A stretch of DNA of 64,000 nucleotides from Candidatus Eiseniibacteriota bacterium (GCA_044223005.1 JBGAML010000008.1:79962-143961); one strand, 5' to 3'. Shown: positions 19,565 through 31,400, counted from the stretch's first letter. Notes: a model not told the origin generated them from the sequence alone. Numbers and translations are program-made.

Positions 19565-22072
19565 ATGAACCCCGAGGACCCGACCCAGGATCCGGCCGGC
19601 TTCGAGGATCGCTCCACGCAGGACATGGCCGCGCGCACGCCGCGCGACGTGCCGGCGGTCGGCCCGTACCGACTGCTGCAGCGGCTCGGCGAAGGCGGCA
19701 TGGGCGAGGTCTGGCTCGCCGAACAGACCGAGCCGGTGCGCCGCACGGTTGCGATCAAGTTCATCAAGGCCGGCATGGATTCCAAGCCGGTGATCGCGCG
19801 CTTCGAAGCCGAGCGGCAGGCGCTCGCGATGATGGACCACCCTGTGGTGGCGCGCGTCTTCGACGCCGGCGTTACGCCGGCCGGCGCGCCCTACTTCGTG
19901 ATGGAGTACGTGCGCGGTGTCCCGATCACCGTCTACTGCGACCATCACCGGCTCGGACCACGCGCGCGACTCGAACTGTTCCGGCAGGTCTGCGAGGGCG
20001 TGCAGCACGCGCACCAGAAGGCGATCGTGCACCGCGACCTCAAGCCTTCGAACATCCTCGTCACCGAGCACGACGGCAAGCCGCTGCCCAAGATCATCGA
20101 CTTCGGCCTCGCCAAGGCGATGGCGCAGAAGCTGACCGACAAGACGCTGTTCACGGAACTGGGCGTGCTGATCGGAACACCCGAGTACATGAGCCCGGAA
20201 CAGGCGAACCTGACCGGCGAGGACGTGGACACGCGCACCGACGTCTACTCGCTCGGGGTGATCCTCTACCAGCTGCTCGTGGGCGCGCTGCCGTTCGACT
20301 CGCAGGCGCTCCGCAGCGCGGGCTTCGACGGCGTGCGCCGGATCATCCGCGAGGAGGAGCCGAAGCGGCCCTCGACGCGCGTCGGCACGCTCGGCGAGCG
20401 GGCCTCCGACTCGGCGCACGCGCGTGGCCTCGAGCCGCGCCACCTGCGCCGGCAGCTCGAGGGCGACCTCGATTGGATCACGCTCAAGGCGCTCGAGAAG
20501 GACCGTGCGCGCCGCTACGACTCGCCCGCCGAACTCGCGCGGGACATCGACCGCTACCTCGCCGACGAACCGGTGCTGGCCGGGCCGCCCAGCGCGAGCT
20601 ATCGCGCGCGCAAGTTCGTGCGCCGGCATCGCGGCGCGGTGCTGGCGGCGGGCCTGGTCGCCGTGGCGCTCGTGGCCGGCATCGTGGGCACGACGGCGGG
20701 GTTGCTGCGTGCGCGCCGCGCCGAAGCCGAGGCGCGCGCGCAGTACCGCGCGTCCGAGCGCGTCTCGAAGTTCCTCGCGCAGGTGCTGCAGGGCATCGAT
20801 CCGCAGCGTCTCGGCCGCGACCTGCAGTCCGATCTCGAACGGCGCATCGCGGAGGCCGGTTCGCTCGGCAAGGTGAACTTCGTGGACGTGTCCTCGGGCC
20901 TGATCGACCGCCAGATCTTCACGCCCGCCGGCGCGATGATCGACACCGCGTTCCGCGACCAGCCCGAGGTGGCGGCGCGTCTGCACGCCACTCTGGGCGA
21001 GTCGTACATGGAAGGCCTGCAGCTCTTCCCGCCGGCCGTCGCGGCGTTGCGCCAGTCGGTCGCGGAGAGTGGCCGCGCGCGGCGCGCGGGGCAGGCGATG
21101 GACTGGGACCCGGAGATGACGCTGGCACTCGCGCTGAAGCGCATGGGCGGGCGCGCGGCGTTCGCGGAAGCGGAGTCGCTCTACGGCGTGGTCCTCGCCG
21201 ATGCGCGGAAGCGCGGCACCGCGAACGCCCCGGTAGCGCTGGTGGCGGCGACGAAGCTGGGCGACACGTACCGGGTGCTCGGGCAGGGTGCTCGTGCCGA
21301 GAGCACCCTGCGGGACGCGGTCGCGCGCATGCGCCGCGCCACGGACCTGGATCCGCTCGAGCGGGATTACGCGATCAACGATCTCGCGCTCGCGTTGCGC
21401 GGCGAGGCCGCGACCCGCGGCGAGAGCGACTCGCTCTTCCGCGAGGCCATCGCGGGGCTCGAGTCGCGGCTCGGCCCGGGCCACTACGAGGTGCTGAGCG
21501 CGCGGCTCAACCGCGCGCGGCTGCTGATGCAGATGGAGCGTTTCCCCGAAGCCGAAGCCGAGCTGCGGCGCATCCTCGAAGCGGGACGCCCGACGATCGG
21601 GGCCGAGAGCGACCTGCCGATCCAGGCACAGGTGGCGCTCGGCGATGCTCTCAAGGGCCAGGCCCGCAACGCCGAAGCGGTCGCGATCTACCGCGAGGCC
21701 GAGCGCGTGATGCGCAAGCCGGGGAACTCGTCGCGGTCGCTCGGCGCGTCGATCCTGAACCGGAGCGGTGCACTCGATGCGCTCGGGCAGGCTGCCCTGG
21801 CCGTCCGCGAGCTGACCGCCTTCGGCGAGGAACAGCGCCGGACCGGCACCGAGCTCGGGATGCTGCGGTACGTCCTCGCGCAGGAGTTCCTCGCCCGGCT
21901 GCACGCGCGCCACGGCGAGCGTGCCGCGGCGCTCGAATGCCTGCGCCGCATGGCGGACGCCGGCTACGACGATCCCGACGAGCTCGTGGGCGACTCCGAG
22001 TTGCAGCCGCTGCACGGTCCCGATTTCGACGCGATCGTCGCCAGGGTGCGAAGGAACGCGGCGGGCGGCTGA
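19565..22072 (+). CDS. Hanks-type Ser/Thr protein kinase with TM and TPR-like C-terminal region
   Basis: GEGGMGEV, VAIK, HRDLKPSN, DFGLAK, GTPEYMSPEQ, a TM after the kinase and helical repeats. Confidence 0.94.
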   Translation: MNPEDPTQDPAGFEDRSTQDMAARTPRDVPAVGPYRLLQRLGEGGMGEVWLAEQTEPVRRTVAIKFIKAGMDSKPVIARFEAERQALAMMDHPVVARVFDAGVTPAGAPYFVMEYVRGVPITVYCDHHRLGPRARLELFRQVCEGVQHAHQKAIVHRDLKPSNILVTEHDGKPLPKIIDFGLAKAMAQKLTDKTLFTELGVLIGTPEYMSPEQANLTGEDVDTRTDVYSLGVILYQLLVGALPFDSQALRSAGFDGVRRIIREEEPKRPSTRVGTLGERASDSAHARGLEPRHLRRQLEGDLDWITLKALEKDRARRYDSPAELARDIDRYLADEPVLAGPPSASYRARKFVRRHRGAVLAAGLVAVALVAGIVGTTAGLLRARRAEAEARAQYRASERVSKFLAQVLQGIDPQRLGRDLQSDLERRIAEAGSLGKVNFVDVSSGLIDRQIFTPAGAMIDTAFRDQPEVAARLHATLGESYMEGLQLFPPAVAALRQSVAESGRARRAGQAMDWDPEMTLALALKRMGGRAAFAEAESLYGVVLADARKRGTANAPVALVAATKLGDTYRVLGQGARAESTLRDAVARMRRATDLDPLERDYAINDLALALRGEAATRGESDSLFREAIAGLESRLGPGHYEVLSARLNRARLLMQMERFPEAEAELRRILEAGRPTIGAESDLPIQAQVALGDALKGQARNAEAVAIYREAERVMRKPGNSSRSLGASILNRSGALDALGQAALAVRELTAFGEEQRRTGTELGMLRYVLAQEFLARLHARHGERAAALECLRRMADAGYDDPDELVGDSELQPLHGPDFDAIVARVRRNAAGG

Positions 22073-22114
22073 ACGGGTGGTGCGGCACGCGTTCGCTCTC
22101 GTCGGGCGTTCGCC

Positions 22115-23566
22115 TCACCTCCGCGCGAAACGGACCGAGTCGCCCCGCGCGAGCGCGAGCCAGACCGCCGACACGCGGCCGCGGGAATCGCGCTCGAACG
22201 CGCCCGGGGTGTCGCCGTCGGCGACGAACGCGTCCGGCCCTCGCCAGCGAAGCGAGAGCGGGTATTCGCCCATGCGCATCGTCGCCTCGCCGGCACGATG
22301 TGCGACGGTGACGTCGCCCCAGTGCGGTTCGGCGTAGTGGCCGGTGTATTCGCGAGCCGCGAGGACGGGCCGGCGCGGCAACGTGTCGGTGTCCGCGGGC
22401 GGGAGGAATCGCCGCAGCACCTTCGCGAGCCGCTCCGAGGCATCCGGAGACGCATGTCCGCCGGCGTCGTCGTACGCCTCGATCGCCAGCAGTTCGGTGA
22501 GCGGTGGCACGTTCGCGTTCGCCAGCACCGCCACGCCGATCCCACGCGCCGGGCAGTACGAGAAATGGGATGCGGCACCCGCGTAGCTCCCCGAGTGCAC
22601 GTACACGGTGTCGCCCGCATCGGTGCGCACCTCCCAGCCGGCGGTCCAGCCGACGCGCAGCAGCTCCGGCTTGAGCGGGTGATGGTCCGGCGCTTCGACC
22701 GCCAGCTCGCGCATGCCGCGCACCACCGCGGCGGGCAGCGCCTGCCGCCCGTCGATCCGGCCGTCGGCGAGTTGCGCCCGCAACCAGCGCGCGAGGTCGC
22801 CGATGGAGGCGCCCATGCCGCCCGCGGCGTGCAACGTGCGATCGCTCTTGGGCGCGAGGCGCTCGAGCCGGCCGTCGCGGTACGCGTAGGGGCACGCCAC
22901 GTCGGCGTCGTTCGCGAGCGCCGCCGCCGTGAACCCCACGCGCGTCATGCCGAGCGGGTCGGTCACGCGCGATGCGACGGCGCGCTGCCACGTCTGGTCG
23001 GTGCGCCTCGCCAGCACCTGGCCGGCGATCTGGTAGTGAAGGTTGTTGTACGCGAACCGCCCGCGCGGTCGCACGTGCGCCAGCCAGTAGTGCAGGCGCT
23101 CCGGGGTCAGCTGGCCCGTGTACGCGCTGAGGAGTCCGATCGCCGGTTGCGAGAGTCCGCGGCGATGGGAGAGCAGGTCGCGGATCGTGAGCGAGTCCGT
23201 GGCCCCCGGGGTCGCGAGTGCGAACTCGGGCCAGGCGCGACGCACCGGGGCGTCGAAGTCGATGTCGCGCTCGACGGCCAGCGTCCACAGCGCCGCGGCC
23301 ACGAATGGCTTGGTGCACGAGGCGATGTAGAAGCGCGTGCGCGGCGTCACCGGACGGTGGTGCTCGACGTCGCGCTCGCCCAGCGTGGCCAGGGCGACGA
23401 TGCCCGAGTCGCGCACCACCACGACGGTGACGCCGGGAGCGTGTGCCGTGCGCTGGTACCCGCGCCAGCGCGCCACGAGGGAATCGGGAAACGCGGCGGG
23501 CGCTCCGTGTACCGCGGGAGCGGACAACGCGAACAGCGCCAGCAGCCCGAACGTGAACGACGGCAT
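22115..23566 (-). CDS. Exported serine hydrolase (beta-lactamase fold) with DUF3471-like C-terminal domain
   Basis: Signal peptide, FYIASCTK, LLSHRRGL, YNN, HSG, C-terminal YTGHY...WG domain. Confidence 0.88.
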   Translation of the reverse strand: MPSFTFGLLALFALSAPAVHGAPAAFPDSLVARWRGYQRTAHAPGVTVVVVRDSGIVALATLGERDVEHHRPVTPRTRFYIASCTKPFVAAALWTLAVERDIDFDAPVRRAWPEFALATPGATDSLTIRDLLSHRRGLSQPAIGLLSAYTGQLTPERLHYWLAHVRPRGRFAYNNLHYQIAGQVLARRTDQTWQRAVASRVTDPLGMTRVGFTAAALANDADVACPYAYRDGRLERLAPKSDRTLHAAGGMGASIGDLARWLRAQLADGRIDGRQALPAAVVRGMRELAVEAPDHHPLKPELLRVGWTAGWEVRTDAGDTVYVHSGSYAGAASHFSYCPARGIGVAVLANANVPPLTELLAIEAYDDAGGHASPDASERLAKVLRRFLPPADTDTLPRRPVLAAREYTGHYAEPHWGDVTVAHRAGEATMRMGEYPLSLRWRGPDAFVADGDTPGAFERDSRGRVSAVWLALARGDSVRFARR

Positions 23567-23821
23567 TCGTGGGGACACGCGGACCTCGAGGCGAGAGGGA
23601 GCGAGCGGGCGGCCGCCGTGGATCGACTCCCGTTGGACGGCCCCAAGCCCCGGGTCGGTTTCAGCGCGGCGCCGGACGCCCAGCCCTTGGATTCGGACCC
23701 CGCGGGGCCGGCCATGAAGCCGGCGAGGTGCGCGGCCGGCCTCTCGCATGGGATCTTCCCGGATCGCGGCCCTCGGCCGGCGAGTCTGGCGTTCGTGATC
23801 ACCTGATCCAGGGGAATCCTG

Positions 23822-24496
23822 ATGCTGCCGTGGGAGGAGCTCGGCCGGGCCGAAGTGCCGGGACAGCGAGATCCGCTCGTGCTCGCCCGGCGCGGGCGGG
23901 AGTTCGTGATTCGCGTGGGATCTCGCGCGCTCATGAGCAGCGACGCGCACGGCTCCGAAGAAGTGCTCGCCGAGCGTGCCTGCGGCATCGTCGCGACCCG
24001 TGCCTCCGCCCGCGTGCTCGTGGGCGGTCTCGGCATGGGCTACACGCTCGCGGCGGCGCTGCGCACGCTCGCGAGCGACGCGCAGGTCGTCGTCGCCGAG
24101 ATCGTTCCGGCCGTGATCGAGTGGAACCGCGGCCCGCTCGCGGACCTGGCGGGCCGGCCGCTCGAGGATCCGCGCGTTCTCGTGCACTCCGGCGATGTCG
24201 CCGCGGCGATTTCCGCAGGGACCGGCGCATTCGACGCGATCCTTCTCGACGTCGACAACGGCCCGGACGGTTTCACGCGTGCGGGCAACGATGCGCTCTA
24301 CTCACTCGCGGGATTGCGTGCGGCGCGGCGCGCTCTCCGCGCGCACGGGGTGCTGGGCCTCTGGTCCGTGGCGCCGAGCCCCGCGTTCACGCACCGGCTC
24401 ACCGAAGCGGGATTCGACGCGGAGGAGCACGTCGTGCGCGCCCGCCGCGATCGCGGCGGGCGGCACACCCTCTGGCTGGCCACGCGCACGGGTTGA
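23822..24496 (+). CDS. Spermidine synthase-like class I SAM-dependent protein
   Basis: LMSS..HGSE..LA, RVLVGGLGMGYT, FDAILLDVDNGP. Confidence 0.85.
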   Translation: MLPWEELGRAEVPGQRDPLVLARRGREFVIRVGSRALMSSDAHGSEEVLAERACGIVATRASARVLVGGLGMGYTLAAALRTLASDAQVVVAEIVPAVIEWNRGPLADLAGRPLEDPRVLVHSGDVAAAISAGTGAFDAILLDVDNGPDGFTRAGNDALYSLAGLRAARRALRAHGVLGLWSVAPSPAFTHRLTEAGFDAEEHVVRARRDRGGRHTLWLATRTG

Positions 24497-24552
24497 TGGC
24501 GCGCGCAGCCGCGCCTCGACGCGTCAGGACCACGCTCGCCGCGCGTCGCGTG

Positions 24553-24795
24553 TCAGCCGCGCGACTCCCAGCCGGGGCGGCCGAGCCCGCGGCCCGAGGC
24601 GATGCGCAGGCAGTCGGTGCACCGGTCCATCGCCGGCGCTGCGGTGCCGAGGTGTTCGCTCACGTTCGCGCCGCAGAGGGCGATCGGCCAGTCCTGCTTG
24701 AGCACGAGGTGCGCGACGCGCTCGTTCCCGCTCGTGCGATCCAGCGCTTCGTCGAGCAGCGTCGCGACGCCGCCCCGTCCGTCCTGTTCCGCCAT
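24553..24795 (-). CDS. Small putative Zn-binding protein (H...ALCG...CxxC; DUF3039-like)
   Basis: Strong RBS AGAAGGAG before ATG 24795. 80 aa with HLV...ALCG...RCTDC. Confidence 0.6.
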   Translation of the reverse strand: MAEQDGRGGVATLLDEALDRTSGNERVAHLVLKQDWPIALCGANVSEHLGTAAPAMDRCTDCLRIASGRGLGRPGWESRG

Positions 24796-25178
24796 GTTCC
24801 CGCTCCTTCTCATCGTTTCTCTCGCCATGAGGGCGCCCCCGCTTCGCCGGGTCCGCCCCGCGAGCGCCATGCTGCCACGATTGGCCCGGAGCAGCGAGGG
24901 GCCCCGTCCCCGAGCGACCGGGTCCCAGGACCCGTACCTCGGCAACCTCGCCGTGTGCACGCAACCGGGCATGCAGACGACCGTGCGATCGGTCTCCGAC
25001 GGCGCCGGCGGCCGCGGCCCGGTGGGGGACGGCGGCGAGCGCCCATTGGGCCGCCGCGCGCATGGTGTCGTGGCGATCTCGCGTCCGGAATCGCACCGGA
25101 TCGTCGCGATGACTCGTGGGGGGAACCGGACCGCATGGAGATCGCGGCTCCCGGTGCACGCGGCCACGGGGGGACGCG

Positions 25179-27665
25179 ATGGAATCCGAGCACTGGAAGC
25201 GTATCGAGGCGGTGTTTTTCGAAGCGCTGGAGCGGCCCGAGCCCGAGCGGGCGGCCTTCCTGCGCGCCGCCTGCGCGGGTGACGATGCCTTTCGCATCGA
25301 GGTCGAGGCGCTGCTGCGCGCGCACGAGGAGGCGGGTGGAACCGTCGACTCGCCTCGATTGCTGCCGTCGCTGGACCCGGGGGAGGCCGCGACTCCTCCC
25401 GGGGGCACGCTCGCGGGCACCCGACTCGGCGGCTATCGGCTCGAATCGCTCGTCGGTCACGGAGGGATGGGCGAGGTGTACCGCGCCGTCCGTGCCGACG
25501 AGGTCTACCAGCAGGACGTGGCGATCAAGGTGATCCGCTCGGGCCGGGTGACTCCGGAGGCGGTGCAACGCTTCCGCGTGGAGCGCCAGATCCTCGCGTC
25601 GCTGCAGCACCCGGACATCGCGACGCTGCTGGATGGTGGCGTGACGCCCGCCGGGGAACCGTACCTCGTGATGCAGTTCGTCGACGGCGTGCCGATCACG
25701 CGCCATGCGGACTCGAAGGGGCTCGGCCTGCGAGAGCGTCTCCGGCTCTTCACGCGTGTCGCGCAGGCGGTCCAGTACGCCCACGCGAATCTCGTCGTGC
25801 ACCGCGACCTCAAGCCGTCGAACATCCTCGTCACGGGGGACGGGCACCCGCGCCTCCTCGATTTCGGCATCGCCAAGCTGTTGGACGCCGGAGCGCCGGG
25901 GCCCGTGACCGGGGACCTGTCGCTGCTCACGCCGGAGTACGGTGCGCCCGAACAGTTCCGGGGCGAGTCCGTCACCACCGCGACCGACGTGTTCGCGCTC
26001 GGGGTCCTGCTGTACGAACTGGTCTCGGGGCACCATCCGTTCGAGCACGTGCCCGCGGCCGGCCGCGCGCGGGCCGTGTGCGAGAGCGAGCCGCCTCTCC
26101 CGAGCCGGATGGCCTCGCCCGAGCTCGCGCGCAGGTTGCGGGGGGACCTCGACCACATCGTCGGCATGGCCATGCGGCGCGAGCCCCAGCGCCGGTACGC
26201 GTCCGCAGGCCAGTTCGCCGAGGACGTGATGCGCCATCTCGAGGGACAGCCGGTGCTCGCGCGGCCAGAGGGCGCGCGTTACCGGTTCGGGAAGTTCGTC
26301 TCGCGCCATCGTGCAGGGGTCGCCTCGGCGGTGGCGGTCGTGCTGGTGCTGGCCGTGGCGGCGGCGGTCACGCTTCGCGAATCGGCGCGACGGGCTGCGG
26401 CGCTGAAGGTGGCCAATGCCGAACGCGCGGCGTCGGCACGGCTGGCGGATTTCCTGATCGGGGTCTTCGAGGCGAACGATCCTTCCGAGGCGCGCGGGCG
26501 CACCGTCACGGCGCGCGAACTGCTGGATCGCGCCGCGCTCGGTGTCCGCGGCGGTCTCGAGGAAGACCCGGCGGTGCGGATGGACCTGCAGCTGGCGATC
26601 GGCCGCGCGTACCAGTCGCTCGGACTGGTCGCCGAAGCCGCGCCGCTGCTCGACGACGTCGCGCGACAGCGAGCCGCGCATCGCCCGACCGATCCGCTGC
26701 CGCTGGCCGATGCGCTCGAATGGCAGGCGCGGAACGTCTATGCGCGCGGACGGGCCGCCGAGGGCGTGGCTCGGCTTCGTGAGGCCCTCGCGCTGCGCGA
26801 GCGTGCTCTCGGCGCGAACGACGTCCGGGTCGGGCGGACACTGGCGTTGCTCTCGAGCTACCTGCACGTGCTCGACGTGCGCGACACGTCCGGCGCGGGG
26901 GAGGCGGCCGCGCGGCGAGCGCTGGCGATCTTCCGTGGCACGTCGCCCCCCGCCCATCGGGACATGGCGCTCGCGCTTCGCGGGATCGGTATCGCGCGGT
27001 TGGACCAGGGCCGCAACGCCGAAGCCCTGCAGACGTTCCGCGACGCGCTGGGCGAGGCGCGCAGCGCGCTGCGCGAAGACGACCCCGCCATCTTCAACCA
27101 CTACGAGGACCTCGGCCTCGCGTTCATGGCCAACCAACTGCCCGATTCGGCGATCGCGGTGAATCGCTACGTGCTCGAGGCGCGCGGGCGCATGCTGGGG
27201 ACGGAGCATCCGGACTACGCGTTCAGTCTCTACAACCTGGCGCGGACGCTCAGCCGTGCCGGGCGGTACGACGAAGGCATGCCGCTCTTCGAGCGTGCCG
27301 CGCGACTCCGCGAGAAGGTGCTCGGCCCGCGCCACTATCTCGTCGGTTTCACCCTGCAATCCTGGGCGATCGCGGCGGCCCAGGCCGGAGACCTCGCCAC
27401 CAGTGAACCGCGTTTCGAGCGGGCCGCGGACATCCTCACCGAGGCGTTCGGGGAAAGGAGCCAGCAGGCGCAGGACGCGTTCGAGGGGCTGGCCATCGTC
27501 CGGGCGCTTCGCGGCCGGCCGGCGGCGGCACTCGATGCGCTGGAGGCCGCCGAGCGTGCGGGTTACCGGCGCACGCAGCGGCTCGCGCAGCCGCCGTTCG
27601 ACCGGCTGGCGCGCGAGCCGCGATTCCGGGCTCTGCTGGCGCGGATGCGGCAGCCCCAAACGTGA
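25179..27665 (+). CDS. Ser/Thr protein kinase with TPR repeats (ECF-associated type)
   Basis: N-terminal W.RIEAVF..ALE...ERAAFL..AC motif, GHGGMGEV, HRDLKPSN, DFGIAK, TPEYGAPEQ, TM, TPR-like LG.EHP repeats. Confidence 0.94.
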   Translation: MESEHWKRIEAVFFEALERPEPERAAFLRAACAGDDAFRIEVEALLRAHEEAGGTVDSPRLLPSLDPGEAATPPGGTLAGTRLGGYRLESLVGHGGMGEVYRAVRADEVYQQDVAIKVIRSGRVTPEAVQRFRVERQILASLQHPDIATLLDGGVTPAGEPYLVMQFVDGVPITRHADSKGLGLRERLRLFTRVAQAVQYAHANLVVHRDLKPSNILVTGDGHPRLLDFGIAKLLDAGAPGPVTGDLSLLTPEYGAPEQFRGESVTTATDVFALGVLLYELVSGHHPFEHVPAAGRARAVCESEPPLPSRMASPELARRLRGDLDHIVGMAMRREPQRRYASAGQFAEDVMRHLEGQPVLARPEGARYRFGKFVSRHRAGVASAVAVVLVLAVAAAVTLRESARRAAALKVANAERAASARLADFLIGVFEANDPSEARGRTVTARELLDRAALGVRGGLEEDPAVRMDLQLAIGRAYQSLGLVAEAAPLLDDVARQRAAHRPTDPLPLADALEWQARNVYARGRAAEGVARLREALALRERALGANDVRVGRTLALLSSYLHVLDVRDTSGAGEAAARRALAIFRGTSPPAHRDMALALRGIGIARLDQGRNAEALQTFRDALGEARSALREDDPAIFNHYEDLGLAFMANQLPDSAIAVNRYVLEARGRMLGTEHPDYAFSLYNLARTLSRAGRYDEGMPLFERAARLREKVLGPRHYLVGFTLQSWAIAAAQAGDLATSEPRFERAADILTEAFGERSQQAQDAFEGLAIVRALRGRPAAALDALEAAERAGYRRTQRLAQPPFDRLAREPRFRALLARMRQPQT

Positions 27666-27736
27666 TCGACTTCGAGGCGCCGGGTGCCGGGGTTCCCCTC
27701 TTCTCCCGGGCGGGGATTGCCCGTACGTTTCCACGC

Positions 27737-28312
27737 ATGGGCGAAGACCTCACGGCCTGGCTGCGCCGGATCGAGGCGGGAGACCCCGACGCGTGGGAGC
27801 CGGTGGCGCGCGCGGTCTACGACGACCTCCGTTCGATCGCGCACCGGAAGCTCCGCGCCGAGCGTGATCACCACACGCTCGGCACGACGGCGCTCGTGCA
27901 CGAGGCCTTCCTGCGGCTCGCGCGCCAGCGCGGCATCGGCGCCGGGGGGCGGGCGCAGTTTCTCGGCGCGGCGGCCAACATGATGCGTCGCGTTCTCGTG
28001 GACTACGCGCGGGCGCGCCGGCGCGCCAAGCGGGGCGGAGGGGCCGGCGCGCTCCCGCTCGAAGACGTCGAGCCGATCCTCACGGAGGCCGTGGCCGACG
28101 AGATTCTCGCGCTCGAGGACGCGCTGGAACACCTCGCGCGATCGGAGCCGAGAACTGCGCGGGTCGTCGAACTCCGCTTCTTCGCCGGGCTGACCATCGA
28201 GGAGATCTCCGGCCAGCTCGGACTCTCGGAGAAGACGGTGCGCCGGGACTGGACGCTGGCCCGCGCGTGGTTGCGCCGCGAGGTCGCCCGCCAGCTCGAC
28301 CTGCCCGAATAG
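27737..28312 (+). CDS. ECF sigma factor (TIGR02999-like, kinase-associated)
   Basis: VYDDLRSIA, HTLGTTALVHEAFLRL, MRRVLVDYAR...KRGGG, VELRFFAGL, TVRRDW..ARAWL. Alternative GTG start at 27662 overlaps the kinase stop. Confidence 0.93.
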   Translation: MGEDLTAWLRRIEAGDPDAWEPVARAVYDDLRSIAHRKLRAERDHHTLGTTALVHEAFLRLARQRGIGAGGRAQFLGAAANMMRRVLVDYARARRRAKRGGGAGALPLEDVEPILTEAVADEILALEDALEHLARSEPRTARVVELRFFAGLTIEEISGQLGLSEKTVRRDWTLARAWLRREVARQLDLPE

Positions 28313-28482
28313 CGAAGACGGCATCGCCGCGCCGCTGCCGCGCGGACCGGTTCGCGCGGCTCCCGGCTGCCCCGGATGGATCGGCCGGACCCATCCGCCG
28401 TGGTCCGGCCGCAGGCCGTGACCGGTTCGAGCCGGCTCCGGCGCGATTGGAGGCAACCGCTCTCACTCGAAGGGAGTCCTCC

Positions 28483-31400
28483 ATGCGCACCGTGTTCCCG
28501 ATTCGTCGCCTGCCCCGGTCCGTCGCCGTCGTCGCCTGTGCGGCGGCGGTCTCCCTCCAGGTGTTCGCCCCACTCGCCGCCGCGGCGACGTTGAGCTGGG
28601 CCGCCGCGTCGAGCGGCGCGCTCGGGGTCGCGGGCAATTGGAATCCCGTCCAGGTGCCGACGGCGTCGGACCTGTTGCGTTTCGATGTCGGGCCCGGGCC
28701 CTACACGGTGACCTGTGGCGCGGCGGTCCCGGCCGTGGTCAGCCACGACTATCGCCAGGGCACGGTGTACCTCCAGTGCACGCAGCCGCACGACATCACC
28801 ACGCAGCTCACCGTCGGCAGTGGCGCGGGCCAGGTGGTGACGGCGCGAGTGGTGTCGGGGACGCTCGAATCGGGGTGGAGCACGCTGGTGGGTACGGGTG
28901 CCGGTGCCGACGGAACGCTGCAGGTGATCGGCGCCGACGCGACCCTGGTCCAGAACGGCGGGCCCGGCGTGCCGGTGTTCACCGTCGGCGGGGCGAACGC
29001 GACCGGCACCCTGCGCGTCGCGTCCGGTGGGATCGTCGAGGCCGCGGTGGACCTGGACGCGGGACTGCATGCGGGCAGCCTCGGCACGCTGCGCGTGGTC
29101 GGCGAGTCCTCCGGCTCCGGAGCCCATGCGTCCCAGCTGCGGCTCGACAGCGTCGCCGGGGATCTCCGCCTGGGCCCCGACACGGGACACGGCGTGCTCG
29201 AAGTGACCGGGGGCGGGCTCGTGCACGTCGCGCAGCACGCGATCCTCGCCGAGGACGCCGGCGATGTCGCCGAAGCAAGCCTGAGCGGAACGGGCACGCT
29301 CGACGATTCGCGCATGGACGTCGACGGCGACCTGCGGATCGGCGCGAACCTCGCCGGTGGTTCACCCGGAGGGACCGCCACTTTGACCCTGTCCACCGGT
29401 TCGGCGGTGAACGTCGGCGGTACGACCACGGTCGGCGATCCGGATGGTGGAACGGCCTCGCTCGTGATGGAGGACGGCACGCAGCTCGCCACGCACGCGC
29501 TCGCGCTCTACCGGAGCACGGACCTCGATGGCGTCGTGGGCGGCCTGTTGCAGGTCGACGGCGGCACGGTGACGGCCGGCAGCGCGGGGCTGCACATCGC
29601 CGGGGGTGCCGGTTTCGCCGAGATGCAATGGATCCATGGCGCGACGGGGAACTTCTCGACCTTCACGTTCCTGCCGTCGCTGGTCGTCGGCGACGGTTCG
29701 CTGGCGAAGCTCTCGCTCTTCGACGGGTCCAGCCTCACGACCTCGGGCGGTCGCGCGGTCCTGGGCGCCCAGGCGGGAGCGAACGGAACGCTGGAGGTGC
29801 GGCTGGCGTCGAGTCTCACGTCGGGTTCGCGGTTCGACGTGGGCGATGCCGGGGACGGCACCTTGAACGTGTGGAGCAACGGACAAGTGACCACCGCGGG
29901 TCTTTCGATCGCGCGCACCGCCAGCAGCACCGGGCTCGTCGCGATTCGCGACCAGTACTCCACGCTGACCTCCACCGAGCGCGTCGACGTGGGTGGGACG
30001 GCCGGCGCGGCGGGCGGCAGCGGCGAGCTGCAGGTGGAACTGTGGGGCAAGCTGGTGCTCGCGAAGTCGGGCGTCTCCGGGCGCGTATGGCCCACGGGTA
30101 TCGTGCACGTCGGGGACGAGTCGACGATCGACCTCACCGGATCGCTCGAGGTTCAGGGCACGCTGGCGGTCGCCAACGGCGATGTGACCGGCGGGACCGT
30201 GACCCTGCAATCGGGCGGCATCCTGTCGGGCTACGGCAACGTCTTCCCGTCGATCACGACCGGGACGGACACGACGACGCGGATCGTGGCCGGCGGATCG
30301 CTGAATCTCGCCACGTCACCGAGCGGTGCCGGCTTCACCAATCGAGGTCGGCTCGAGGTCGGCTCGTACGTCGTTCGGCTGGGCGCCACGGGGACGCAGC
30401 CGATCGGCAACGTCTCGCTCGCGGGCGGCACGCTGCAGCTCGATCATCCGGGCACGTTGGAAGTCGGCAAGCGCATCACCGGAACGGGCACGATCACCGG
30501 GACGGTGATCTGCCAGGGGGACATCGTCGCCTCGGGGCCCGCGGGGCTCACCTTCGGAGGTACGCTTTCGGGCACCGGAACCGGCATCGGAGGCACGCTC
30601 CTTCACTTCACGTCCAGTGGAGGGTTCTCCGGCGGCGGCCACATGGACCTGCCGGTCGTCGCCGACGCCGGCTCCAGCGTGCTGATGACCTCCGACCTCG
30701 TGCTCGGACAGGTGGGCGTCGCCAACGCGCTGCAGCTCGCGGGTGAGATCAGCACCGGCGCGCACGAGCTCGAGTTGCGCAGCGGAACCGAAGTGGTCCT
30801 TTCCGGTCCCGTCACGATCGCCGGAGGGACCCTGCGACTGACCGGCGGCAGCCCGCGCGTGCGGCTGGCGGCCGGGACGACCACCACAGTGACGGGCACC
30901 CTGGACGCACCGCTCGCCGTGGACGGCCAGCTCGTGCTCACCCCCTCGTATGCCGCGACGATCGCTTCGAGCGCGGTCGCGTACTCGGCCTCGGGACGCA
31001 CGACGATCCAATTCCTGCACGGGGACCTCGGGACGTACGGACGGCTGGAAGCCTCGGGCCCGCTCAGTCTCGCCGGCGCATTCGATCTCCACTTCACTGG
31101 ACCGTGGCGCCCCGTGCCTGGGCAGCGCTTCCGGGTCCTCAGCGGCTCGTCGCAGGTCGGGGCGTTCACGACGCTGCTGTACGAAGGGCTGCCCGCGGCC
31201 GGGCAGTACACGCTGGACTACGCGGCGGACGGCGTGTACGTCGAGTTCACCGATGTCCTCGATGCGCCGGGCGCGCTCGCGGAATCACTTCCGGCCACGC
31301 TCCAGTTCTCGGCGGGAGGTTCGCCGGGACCGGCGGCGTCGCTCGATCTCGCGATGCCGGTCGCGGCCGACGTGCGGCTCGATCTCTTCGACGTGAACGG

